Below are positions 26,701 through 38,621 of a stretch of 64,000 nt of DNA, one piece after another. Position 1 is the first letter of the stretch; each line of letters begins with the position of its first letter. The DNA is from Negaprion brevirostris (lineage: Eukaryota): positions 66,384,063 to 66,448,062 of the forward strand of contig JARDVH010000163.1 of NCBI GenBank assembly GCA_030324005.1, in the 5' to 3' direction. Made by a program: the position numbers and the translations under genes. Below the pieces are notes generated by a model, which did no database searches, was not told where the DNA came from, and worked only from the letters and a program-made list of their open reading frames with translations.

Positions 26701-27977
26701 CACCTCTTGACTTAATTCAGCCATAATGTGTCAGAGAGGCCATGGGGAGATCTACTAACAAGCACCACACTTTCCCCCAAGACAGCAACCCTAATTCTCA
26801 TCAGTAACATCAAGCAACTCTTATTCAAGAGACTATTCTGTATAGCCAACCAATAAATAGCAAGAGTTTCAATATGTACCTACCTATTATAAACACAATA
26901 GTTTGACCAGCAGTAAGATCCTGCCCATATCTCAGTCTCGACTCTATGTAACTACCTCTTACAGTCATTCCTCCCAGTGATGGGCAGGGTATGCTGCTTG
27001 ATGCATTGAGGCCTACCACTTCTAAAGAACTTTTTAAGGTAACAACTTATTTCCTCAAAGCAAATTTTTAGATGGCATAAAAGTTAAAGTTGTTTTAATG
27101 TTACTGCTGAAACCATGAAAATCTTCAAATAACTTTTAAATCTTTGTTGAAGTCACTTTAACAGATTTAGAAGCCCCTAGAGTGATGTCAAGATAGGAAA
27201 ACTCTTGAGTAGGTCAAAGGTAGGAAATTTTCCAATTTCATTCCCCAGCTGGGTTCATTCTGGACTCATGTTGAAAATTTGACATATGCTGGGTGTGATG
27301 TTCTGACTCCTACCAGCAGCATATAGCATTCCTGATGGGCATGGGCCCATAATACAAAAATACTGGGAGGTAACAAGTAAGAGCCTCAACCATTGTAATT
27401 TAAGCAGAGAAATCACAGATGCACTCTCAATAAATAACACTTCTGCCAGGAACCTTTCCAAGAAATTGAAAACTCTTAAATTGAAGCTTCATTAAAAAGA
27501 TCTACATTTTAAAAAGATTATTTATGGGAGTTTATTTTTATGTTTTGTATCTTCATTCACTTTTTCCTTGGGAGTAGTGAAGAAATGTTGGAAGGATTAT
27601 CAACCATTAATTGGGTGTGAATGGGTGACAGGGAAAACTGAAAATATTTTCTATTGTAGCAAGAAGAATTCTGAGGGTATAATGTGGTGGAAAAGTCAAT
27701 GCANNNNNCATTGTCCAACTGTGACACTACAAACAAGAGAATGTTCCATTTCCCAGAACTAACACCCATCACTACAATGAGCACACAAAATAAAACATAC
27801 AGCAATAAACAAAAAGGACAGAATTATTTTAGAATTGCACACAACCCAAGCAGATTGTCTTACAGTTATGGCTGTCACAGCAGCAATTTCACATTGCGTC
27901 TTGTAAGACAGTCCACCAGAGTTGTGTGGGAATAAGCAAGTGCGATAGCACTGAGTAATGTGAGAACAGATAGCTAC

Positions 27978-28143
27978 CTCCTGTTCCCACCGCGCTGTCA
28001 TTTCTCTGTGCTCCAGTTCATTCCTTGCTTTGCCGAAATCAACTGTGAGCTTGCGAAGATCCTCATCAAGTCTCTGACTGGCTGTGTTGGCCTGTTCTAG
28101 TTGCTCCCGCAACATGGCATTGACCTGAGTCAAGCTGCTGGTT
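27978..28143 (-). CDS. crocc2: CROCC2-like coding exon D
   Basis: ctgatag|A ACC...GAG|gtag, 166 bp, phase 2-0. Encodes TSSLTQVNAMLREQLEQANTASQRLDEDLRKLT...RWEQE (rootletin domain). Confidence 0.93.
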
Positions 28144-28687
28144 CTATCAGAGAGATTAAACCCAATCACATTCGGTACTGATCTTGACATTCTGATCCTG
28201 ATTTGTGGCAGTTAATTTTCCTCTTCATTTCACTTCAGATTTNNNNNNNNNNNNNNNNNNNNNNNNNNNNNNNNNNNNNNNNNNNNNNNNNNNNNNNNNN
28301 NNNNNNNNNNNNNNNNNNNNNNNNNNNNNNNNNNNNNNNNNNATTTGTTAATCTATATTTGAGGTCTCATTGTCTAGTCTGAGTTTGTTGAAATGGTTAT
28401 GTATTTAACCTGTACGTGCAGGATTATCCTTTTATAGGTACTTCATTTGTCCTCTACTGAAACTGGAGCAAATCATCATCCTCCCACCCATTCTCTTCAA
28501 TCCTTTGTTCAAGTTTTTTAATTGAGCTCTTTTGAAGTTATAAACATGGTTCCTGGTCTTTTAGTAGAATTGTTTCCCAGATCATATCAAATTTGATAAT
28601 TCGGAGCTGTAAATTCCATTTCCCATTCATTGTCTTGATCAGTTACAAATACTGAGTCAAATTAAGAACTGCTTCTCATTGCACTGC

Positions 28688-29200
28688 CTCAGTGTTTCAG
28701 CTGCTAACAGTGACTCTTGGTTGGCATTCCTCGTTTTACTCACAAGGAAAGCCAACATTCTTTCTCTCTGACCTTTCCTCTCAGTCTTCCAATTATTTTC
28801 TGTTATTGCTGAACAAAGACATTTTGTTGAAGCTTTTCGTCTTGCACCTATCAGAACAATCACCAGAATACCAATGTCAAGGAAACAACAATATCATATG
28901 AGAATAAAAGTGCTGATTGGTTGGCAAGGGGTTTCTGATTGGTAGAGGGCTTGCAATGGAGAATGCAGTGTAATGCATTTGCATGTCCTGGAAGCTACAT
29001 ATGTTAATACACACGGCCATGTGCCTTGCAGACAGACAGAACATTTATACACATTGCCTCTGTTTCAGCTGAACAAAATAAGTGATGGTCATTTGCTGGT
29101 TCATTCCTCATGGCAAAACCTTGAGCAATAAGAATCAAGATGCCTCACTTAAATTTACAAACAATGCTTGGGAAGATTTTTGCGATTGTTCTGATGAATA
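28688..29200. mobile_element. Penelope-like 3' end with inverted pLTR (third family)
   Basis: Plus-strand HVLEATY.NT..P..CRQ.E C-terminus at 28980-29080. Inverted copy at 28688-28970 carries a hammerhead-like motif at 28823-28860(-). Confidence 0.7.
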
Positions 29201-30719
29201 TGGAGGGCAGAGTGTGGTAATTGTAAAATTAATTAAGTGAAAAATGTTGATTCTGGTGAAGTTAAAGACTGTTAAAGACAGGGCTGTGAAGGGGAAGGGT
29301 AGTTAAGTCTTGTTCTAATTCATAAAAGGCAAAGGTTGGTGAACTTGTTGGACAATGGAATGAAATGCTTGCCTTCATCCTTCTGAGATTGAGCAAAGCA
29401 AAATGAAAGAGTCAATATAGCTGGACTCAATATAACCACTTCAATTCCTTTGATACTGAAACACATTTTCACTTACTCCAATATAATTCTTTGCAATGGA
29501 TTGCCAAAAGAAAGACACACTGTTTGTACTGCACAATAATAATATTTTAAGAAACAGCCTTTGACCCAAAGCAATACAGTGAAGGAAATTTGTAATATTT
29601 AAAATGTCTGTGGAATCTATATTACTTTGAATATATTTGAAAATGACTTTACAATTTACATGAGTTGCAAAGGGATCGATTGTAATTTTCTTTGACGATA
29701 AGACCTGGTGATCCTTATATGGCATCAATACCAACAGGAGATAAGTTAAGACCAGAAGCCATGTGGTTAGACACAAAGGAGAGCCATAACAGAGAGAAGG
29801 ACAGAAAAGGCACATTTACAAGGAGCTGCGTGTGTATTACAGTTAGACAGGACAGAAGGCTAAAGGCAGGGTTAGAGAAGTGATGTCAATTGAACAATTT
29901 TACCACTACTGAGTTTTGCCAGTGTTGGCCAGACTGTTTAATGGGGTGAATTCAATAGATGGGATAAATTAGTCTCTGAGGAATCCATGCCATCAANNNN
30001 NNNNNNNNNNNNNNNNNNNNNNNNNNNNNNNNNNNNNNNNNNNNNNNNNNNNNNNNNNNNNNNNNNNNNNNNNNNNNNNNNNNNNNNNNNNNNNNNGAGG
30101 AATCCATGCCATCAAGACCAGCTAAGGCGGTTCTACAGGACTGTGCCATTTTGGGATTTGGGGGAGGGGGGGTGGTGGTACGGGTGGTGGGTGGTGGTGA
30201 TCATCTCCTGACGGCTCATATAGAATATGGCTGCCAATGAATGCGACTAAAGGGCTGAAACAGTTGACTGGGAAAGTGAGAGATCTTATATACCAGAGCC
30301 CAAGTTAAAGAATTTTGGACTGTACGTGGTATCACGTGTCTGCGGGGCATGATGCGGGTGGTTGTGTAAGATGAATCTTTGTTGTACTATTTAAAGTGAA
30401 ATTCAACTTTTCATTTAAAATATCACTTGCCTCTTAATTCATGTTTAATATGCATTGGTGCCAATTCATAATAAAAGGATCTCATTAGTAATTACTTCAT
30501 TTGGGGGTCATTCATAAAATTTGGTTATTACGGCCTATTGCTTCTCCATAGGGAACATAACAATTAAATTTAATCCTGTTTATTATAGCAATAGAATGCA
30601 TTCACATTCCAAAGTTTTAACATCTCATGAGTTACTTCAAAAGTGCAGTTAGTATTATCATGCCACTGTATGTGTTTCTACTTTTTCACACAAGATTCTA
30701 CAATGACATAAGTGAGGGA

Positions 30720-31060
30720 GTGACATAAGGTGATAGCACAGTGTGATCGTCACTGAACTAGTAACCCAGAGACCCAAGGTAATGCTCTGGGGATCCGGGT
30801 TTGAATCCCAACATGGCAGATGATGAAATTTGAATTCCATGAAAATCTGGAATTAAAAAGTCTAATGATGACCATGAAACCATTGTCAATTGTTGCAATG
30901 TCCTTTAGGGAAAGAAATTTGGCCTGCATGTGTCTCCAGATCTACAGCAATGTGGTTGATTCTTAAAAAAGATGTTGTTTGAAATGGTCCAGCATTTGAG
31001 GAAATTAGGGACGGGCAATAAATGCTGGCCCAGCCAGTGATGCCCACAATGAATGAATAA
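30720..31060 (+). mobile_element. tRNA-derived SINE
   Basis: gtcactgaactagtaacccagagacccaag..aatgctctgggga.ccgggtttgaatccca head and tail aattagggacgggcaataaatgctggcccagccagtgatgcccac. Confidence 0.7.
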
Positions 31061-31065
31061 AAGGT

Positions 31066-32140
31066 GAACAAAGAACAAAGAAAACTGCAGCACAGGAACA
31101 GGCCTTTCGGCCCTCCAAGCCTGCACCATGTTGCCCATCTGAACTAAAATCCCCGGCCTTTCTAGGGACCATATCCCCCTTATTTCCATCCTATTCATTT
31201 ATTTATCAGGATGTCGCTTAAAAGTCACTATCATATCCGCTTCCACTACCTCCCCCAGCGTGAGTTCCAGGAACCTACCACCCTCTGTGTAAAAAACGTT
31301 TAAAGGAGACGTATGTGCCTCATACATCTCCTTTAAACCTTGCCCCTCACAGCTTAAACCTACACGCCATAGTAAGTGACTCTTTGACCCTGGGAAAAAG
31401 CTTCTGGCAATCCACTCTGTTCATGCCTTTCATAATCTTGCAGACTTCTATCAGGTTACCCCTCAACCTCAAAGGATGACAAAGGGTCAGTTGGACTCGA
31501 AATATCAGATCTTTTTTCTCCTTACAAATGCTGCCAGACCTGCTGACATTTTCCAGCATTTTTTCTTTTGGGGGCTCTTGCGCCCTCACCTCAATGAATT
31601 CCGGACTCACCATGATATTGAACTCTTCTTTGGGCAAGAGTCCTTCTCCTGTTCTACATGCCTCCAACATTCTGCCTCCAATTGGACACCCGCTCCAGGA
31701 CAATTGCCTGCCCTCAATCTTTTCATTAGGAACTGTTGACGAGATAGTGGCTGTCTCAATTTTTCTGTCCCCGTCACCCATTCCAACCTCTGTCCTTCCG
31801 AATTTTCCACTCTTTGTTCCCTCAGGTCCAATTCAGATTGTCATCAAACCTGCCAACAGAGGGGGTGCTGTTGTCGTCTGGCGTACTGATCTCTACCTTG
31901 CAGAGGCTGAGCGCCAACTCTCAGATGAGCTTTGACAAAGGGTTATCTGGGCGCAAAACATTAGTTCTTTTCTCTCCTTAGAGATGCTGTCAGATCTGTT
32001 GAGATTTTCCAGCATTTTCTCTTTTGGTTTCACCCCTCAACCTCTGTCATTCCAGTGAGAACAAACCAAGTTTCTCCAACCTCTCCTCATAGATAATGCC
32101 CTCCATATTGGGCAACATTTTGGTAAATCTTTTCTATATT
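31066..32140 (-). mobile_element. CR1 LINE 3' end, interrupted at 31471-32031
   Basis: Minus LRGNLIEVCKIMKGMNRVDCQKLFPRV followed by a gaacaaa tandem tail at 31066-31085. Confidence 0.85.
31471..32031 (+). mobile_element. Internally deleted mini-Penelope with direct pLTR repeats and 13-bp TSD
   Basis: pLTR copies at ~31476-31571 and ~31929-32031 enclose IVIKPANRGGAVVVWRTDLYLAEAERQLSD. acccctcaacctc is duplicated at 31458-31470 and 32032-32044. Confidence 0.85.
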
Positions 32141-33814
32141 AATCAATTATTTGCTGGCAGTTCTTGTTGAAAGGGGAATATTAACCCTGCACTTCCTTGA
32201 CTGCAACTGTGGGATCTTTCAATCTAAACAAATTTCTTTGAAAGGTGGCACTTCTTACAAATCAGCAGTCCCTTGGTGCAAGATCAGGTTATCAGGCCCT
32301 GGGAGTAACAACTTTCTACTCTAGTGCTTACACGTAGCCTGAGCTGACACAAGGTTAAATTGTAATATACTCACCAAATAATTATGGGTTGAAAGCTAAG
32401 AATGAAAGGGAACAGAAAGAAATTCAGTGATTCTACCATCTGATTTTTTAAAATACGTCTACAAGTGTAACTCAAATGTGAGATGAGTCTCGGCTGGGAG
32501 GTAAAGATGAGGACACCAGGCAGAAACAGTCAGGCTCACACCAGTACAGTCAACTCCAGAAAAACACAAATCTCAATTCAACAGCTGTGTGTTAACCACT
32601 TCCCATTCTCTGCCATCAGGCAGGCCCCAGAGCCAAGAACAACAGTGAAGCAGAAATTCTAAGTCAAATAGAAAATATTCCCTTGTGACCAGATTCCAAC
32701 GCCACCTGCAGCCAGGTGTCACGCACACAGAACAGCACTGATTTTAAGTCAGTGAATGTTATAAATACTCAGTTTGTGAGTTATATATTTCTGGGACCGC
32801 GTTCAATTTTAGGTAAAATAGAGTAGTCATGTGACCTGTTCTGAATACTGCTTGACAATAAGTCTTGGTGGCTTTGTTGCTAAGGGGACATGGAGGCTGA
32901 TTTATAGGCAAGGCGACACAGTGTGCTCACAACTGTAAGCAATGACTGGAACAGTTGTGCTGACAGTTGGTAACCTGGCAGGGTTGAATTCTGACACAGT
33001 AGGGCAGACATTGAAAATAGTGGACGGACCTGGATGTGGAAGACCCACCTGCCATTTCTGACCGATCCAATTTTCTTCCGATAGAGGAAAGAGGATGGGT
33101 TGTGATTTGCACAGGATGGAAACCTGAGCTCAGCAAAACCATGCAAAATAAGTTCAATCAGACCTCATTTTGGCTTTTGCAAGGGCCTTAACCCACAGTG
33201 TGGAAGTCACTAATTGATGAGTAGACATACATGCACTTGAAGGGCAGATAAGATCCCTGTGACACGATTGTAAGGGCAGCCTGTAGTATGTAATAAAGGA
33301 AGTCAGACACTGTCCTTCCCCCCCTCTGGGGCAGGGTGGCATACTGTCCTTTCCCCTTCTGGGATTGGGTGGCACAATCTTCTATCTTGATAGAAGATAG
33401 AAGGATAACACTATAATCTAGAAGGACATAGGCAGCAGAAATCTAGGACACCACCACCTCGATATTCCCCTCCAAGATATTCACCACCCTAATCTGGAAA
33501 TATATTGCCATTCTTTCACTATAACAGGGTAAAATTCCCTCTCTGACAGCACTGTGGATGTACCTACACTTCCGAGACTGCAGCGGTTCAAAAAGGCAAC
33601 TCACCACAACCTTCTCAAGGGGAATTAGGGATAGGTAATAAGTGCTGGCCTAGCCAGCGATGCCCACATCCTGAAAATAAATTTAAAAGTATAGATTTGG
33701 AGGAATTGGATAATAAATCTCTTTTAATGGGAGTCAAAGTTACCTGTAAGAATGAGGTTTGGCTGTGACAATCCAGCTTCTCCTGGGCATGGGCACATCG
33801 TGCTATATTAACTC

Positions 33815-34912
33815 AAAATCAGTTAAAGCTCTCATTATGTGGAATAAAGTGCACAGTAGCAATTTGGATGCAAAACTGGCTGAGAATAATTGTCAATGTA
33901 TATTTGTCAAGCCAGAGAGAGGTTTGTAGTGGAGCTCCCCAGGAATCGGTATTAGAACTTCTACTTTTTCTGATAAGCATTACTGATCTAGATCATGGTG
34001 TGCAGAAGACAATTACAATGCTTGCAAGTAACATAAAACTAAGAAGCATTGTAAACTGTGAGGGGGACAGCACTGAACTTCAAAAAGACAGACAAGTTGG
34101 TGGAGTGGGCAGATAGGTGGCAGATGAAGTTCAATGAGGAGAAGTATGAGGCAATACATTTTGGTAGGAAGAACATGGAGAGACAATATAAAATAAGCCT
34201 TACAGTTGTTATGATAATGCAGGAGCAGAGGGATCTGAGTGTACATGTGCATGGATTATTGAAGGCAGAAGGACAGGTGGAGAGAGTAGTTAACAAAGCA
34301 TAAGGTATCCCAAGTTTTATTAATAGGGGCATAGAGTACAAGGGCAAGGAGGTTATGCTGAACTTATACAAGACACTTGTTAGATCTCAGCTGGAATATT
34401 GTGCACAGTTCTGGGTGTCACATTATAAGAAAGACATGAATGTATTGGAGAGAGTACAGAAGAGATTTACAAGAATGGCTCCAAGGAGGAGAAACTTCAG
34501 TTATGAGGATAGATTAGACAGGTTGGGGCTGTTTTTCTTGGAAGGAAAAAGGCTAAGAGGAGATTTGATAGAGATGACCAAAACCAGAATGTACTGAACG
34601 GAGTAGATAAGGAGAAACTGTTTCCCACTCATAAAAGGATTGAGAACAAGAAGGCACAGAATTAAAGTGATTTGCAAAAGAGCAAATGTCAATGAGAGAA
34701 AACATTTTTGGGTCTGGGTAGCACTGCCTGGAAATGTGGTGAAGGCAGCTTCAATCGAGGCACTCAAGAGGGCATTGGATGATTACTTGAATAGTAACAA
34801 TGTGCAGAGTTACGAGACAAAAGTAGGGGGATGGAACTAAGTCATAATGCTCACTTAGAGAGCTGGTACAGACATGATGGGCCAAATGGCCTCCTTCAGC
34901 ACTAATAATTCT
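33815..34912 (+). mobile_element. CR1 LINE 3' fragment (RT C-terminus)
   Basis: SGAPQESVL, EWADRWQMKFNEEK, LYKTLVRSQLEYCAQFW and RLRGDLIE motifs, with stops and frameshifts. Confidence 0.92.
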
Positions 34913-35233
34913 GTAATTGACTGTCATCCTTGAGAGAAGACATTGGGAAGCTGTGGTGTAAGAAATACAATGATATCATACAAATGCAAGAGAGTTACTC
35001 ATTGGAGGTCGCAATGAAACTGCAGTTTGAGGCAGTGTAGAAGTTTTTTCACACTTTGCCTTGAAATGCACAAGATTCAGTGGAGAATTTTCCAACTTCA
35101 CACATTAACACCACAGTCTGAGGAGTGTAAACCTCATCCATGCAACCTTTCCCTTTTGATCTCTTATATGCTCTATTTCTTTCGAGGGGTTTCCCCCACA
35201 GCACAAATTGGAAACTGAATGAGCTAAAGATCA

Positions 35234-35452
35234 CAAAAACAGAATATTTCAGCAGGTCTGACAACATCTGAGGGAAGAGAACAGAGCCAGTGTTTCGAGT
35301 CTAGATGACCCTTTGTCAGCTCTGGTGAAGGGTCATCTAGACTCGGATCATTGGATCTATTCTCTCCCCACAGATGCTGTCAAGAATTGCTGAGATTTTC
35401 CAGCATTTTCTGTTTTTGTTTCATATTCCAGCATCCACAGTATTTTGCTTTT
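35234..35452. mobile_element. Short palindromic Penelope pLTR-derived element; also 44761-44930, with partial copies at 2440-2540, 53995-54250 and 54375-54650
   Basis: Inverted arms centred on tgaccctttgtcagctctggtgaagggtca. Confidence 0.8.
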
Positions 35453-35543
35453 AAGCTAAAGGCCACAGACGGTGCCACCCTGCATAGAAAGATTGGCAAG
35501 AGCTCTAGGTACTGTTGAGTAATACAGAACAAACGTCGCTCAC

Positions 35544-35650
35544 CTCTGCTGCTCCTCCTCCAGGCGAATGAGGGTGGTCTCCAGTTCAGTGCTGTGCTCA
35601 TACTCTGCCTCCCTTAAGTGAGATTCAGTTGTTTCTAAGCGGGTCTGTAA
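35544..35650 (-). CDS. crocc2: CROCC2-like coding exon C
   Basis: ttttcag|TTA...AG|gtgag, 107 bp, phase 0-2. Encodes LQTRLETTESHLREAEYEHSTELETTLIRLEEEQQ(R). Confidence 0.92.
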
Positions 35651-37289
35651 CTGAAAATTAAGGATAGTGCCCAACATAGCAATAACACTAGTATGGATTT
35701 GGGAATTATGTTACTTTTGCATAAATGAATATGGTAGAGGTAAGAAGAGCCCCGTGTTTGGATGAAACCTCAATGGAAAACTGCTAGCCTACATATTCAC
35801 AATACCTTTGTTGCTTTTTGCTTCGCCCTATTGCTGCTGATATCCTTACCCATTTGTTTGTTACCTCCAGGCTGAACTTCTGACTGACTATTCAAATTGT
35901 CTGTNNNNNNNNNNNNNNNNNNNNNNNNNNNNNNNNNNNNNNNNNNNNNNNNNNNNNNNNNNNNNNNNNNNNNNNNNNNNNNNNNNNNNNNNNNNNNNNN
36001 NNNNNNNNNNNNNNNNNNNNNNNNNNNNNNNNNNNNNNNNNNNNNNNNNNNNNNNNNNNNNNNNNNNNNNNNNNNNNNNNNNNNNNNNNNNNNNNNNNNN
36101 NNNNNNNNNNNNNNNNNNNNNNNNNNNNNNNNNNNNNNNNNNNNNNNNNNNNNNNNNNNNNNNNNNNNNNNNNNNNNNNNNNNNNNNNNNNNNNNNNNNN
36201 NNNNNNNNNNNNNNNNNNNNNNNNNNNNNNNNNNNNNNNNNNNNNNNNNNNNNNNNNNNNNNNNNNNNNNNNNNNNNNNNNNNNNNNNNNNNNNNNNNNN
36301 NNNNNNNNNNNNNNNNNNNNNNNNNNNNNNNNNNNNNNNNNNNNNNNNNNNNNNNNNNNNNNNNNNNNNNNNNNNNNNNNNNNNNNNNNNNNNNNNNNNN
36401 NNNNNNNNNNNNNNNNNNNNNNNNNNNNNNNNNNNNNNNNNNNNNNNNNNNNNNNNNNNNNNNNNNNNNNNNNNNNNNNNNNNNNNNNNNNNNNNNNNNN
36501 NNNNNNNNNNNNNNNNNNNNNNNNNNNNNNNNNNNNNNNNNNNNNNNNNNNNNNNNNNNNNNNNNNNNNNNNNNNNNNNNNNNNNNNNNNNNNNNNNNNN
36601 NNNNNNNNNNNNNNNNNNNNNNNNNNNNNNNNNNNNNNNNNNNNNNNNNNNNNNNNNNNNNNNNNNNNNNNNNNNNNNNNNNNNNNNNNNNNNNNNNNNN
36701 NNNNNNNNNNNNNNNNNNNNNNNNNNNNNNNNNNNNNNNNNNNNNNNNNNNNNNNNNNNNNNNNNNNNNNNNNNNNNNNNNNNNNNNNNNNNNNNNNNNN
36801 NNNNNNNNNNNNNNNNNNNNNNNNNNNNNNNNNNNNNNNNNNNNNNNNNNNNNNNNNNNNNNNNNNNNNNNNGGGGAATACGCATTGCTGGGGGGCTGTG
36901 GGGGTTATGAGGAGTGTGTGTTGCTGGGTGGCTGTGGGGGAGGTATGGTGAGTGTGTGTTACTGGGCTGGAGGCAAGCAGAGTTGCTTAACCTCTCCATC
37001 TGTCTCTACCCTTCACCAAATCCCAATCGCTGCACCCCCCCACCTTCAGATTGACGAGGTGGCTTTTGCAGCGCAATCAATTAGCCTTACTGTTCTTTTG
37101 GTTGCTGCTGGAGCTGAGGAGGAGGAGCAGGAGGATGAATTACAGGCAAAAGAGGCCCAGGCCTTAGCACTCACAGGAGAAGAAGGAGATGGCCACTGGA
37201 GGCAGGGCCTGGCCACCATTCACCCCAAGGGGGGAGGGAGATGAGGAGCAGGAGGACGAGAGAGCAGAGACCCCAGTAGTCCGCACGTG

Positions 37290-38260
37290 AGTGTCCTTTG
37301 AGCAATTGTTGAACATGCCGCTGAAGACTCTGGCTCCAAAAGGAGACAGTGCGACACCTGTGCCATTTGTTGCAGGACCTGGTACCTCGGGGCTCAGGGG
37401 GACAGAGGGCACCCACTCACGGTGGCTGGGAAAGTGATGGCCACCTTAAACTTTTACACCACTAGGTCCTTCCAAACCACCATTGGAGATCTTTGTGGCA
37501 TTTCCCTATCATCCGTCCACAAGTGTGTTAAGGAGATCACAGATGTTCTGTATGCTGGGCTGGCCAGTATATTAAATTTGACTTGGACCAGGCCCAGCAG
37601 GAAGCAAATGCTGCAGGATTTGCGGCCAATGCAGGGATTCCAAATGTGCAGGGCATTATAGACTGCACCCATGTCGCTTTCAAGGCCCTGGTGAAGAATT
37701 CAGGAAAATTCATGAACAGAAAAGGCTTCCACTCAATAAATGTGCAATTAGTGTGTGACCATCAGTGAACATCATGATGTCTGCACCAGATACCCCGGCA
37801 AATGAATGACAGCTTCACAGCAACAGCACCCTGGCACTGGAGGGCTGGCGGCAGCAAGACTCAGGCATGCGAGCGAGCAAGGGAGGCTCTGATTATCACA
37901 TGCTTTGGTCACTAGAGACCTGTGTTGCCAGACATAGGTTTAATTCCCGGCTGGCTCCAACAATTTCCTGCAACATTGTAACACCAGAGTGGTGGGCCTG
38001 GGTACACTGTGCTATCGAGTTTCCGTGGCAAGCAGGAGGGTGATGATGACTCGCTATGCACCATTGTGATGATACACTGGTGCAAACTGACTGCTGCCTG
38101 AGCTCCGCATGCACGCTGGCACCTGGGCCCATGTCTGGGTGGTGGGTAAAGGAGCACTAAACCCCCATGCAGGACCCCATAGCGGGTGGGGTGGGGTGGG
38201 GTGGGGGGTAGTGAGAGGAAATCTTTCATGGGTTCTGGAGATGCCATGGTAGATGCTGTA
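37290..38260 (+). pseudogene. Harbinger DDE transposase pseudogene
   Basis: KVMATLNFYTTRSFQTTIGDLCGISLSSVHKCV and GIPNVQGIIDCTHVA...MNRKGFHSINVQLVCDH, broken by frameshifts and stops. Confidence 0.9.
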
Positions 38261-38621
38261 AGAAGATGTCAATGCATGCCAACCTCTGTACCCAGTGAAT
38301 TATTTGGGCCCTTGATTTTCTCAGTAGCAATGCATTGGGGGGCCTCCCCCACTAACATTAATGTGCAGGATCCCTCTGGCAACCCTTGGGGTAAGTACAT
38401 TCCTGTTAAAGGTTAATCAAAGACAAATTAGTCATAGGTGTGGGGTGAAATAACATTTATTGGTGACAATAAAAGTGCCTTCAAAATAAGCGCTCATATA
38501 ACAAGTGAACATGAGACTTTAAAGTGCCTAAATATTCTATTGAACTAGCGTTGTCCTTCACCCGTGCCATTCTAGTGCCACTACGACAACTTCTTAACTT
38601 TACGTGGCCTTCCACTAAATC

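Noticed and set aside
29978-30114. Direct repeat gaggaatccatgccatcaa on both sides of a gap; similarly gaaatcaat at 2321 and 2430
   Set aside because: Each pair flanks a 100-N gap, typical of unmerged overlapping contig ends rather than a biological repeat or TSD.
35797-36999. Long 400-aa and 337-aa ORFs, and similar ORFs near 41000, 50200 and 59600
   Set aside because: They are runs of N (assembly gaps) translated as X.
37290-38260. Domesticated HARBI1 gene
   Set aside because: Frameshifts, stops, an adjacent Myb partner and a TIR indicate a decayed transposon.
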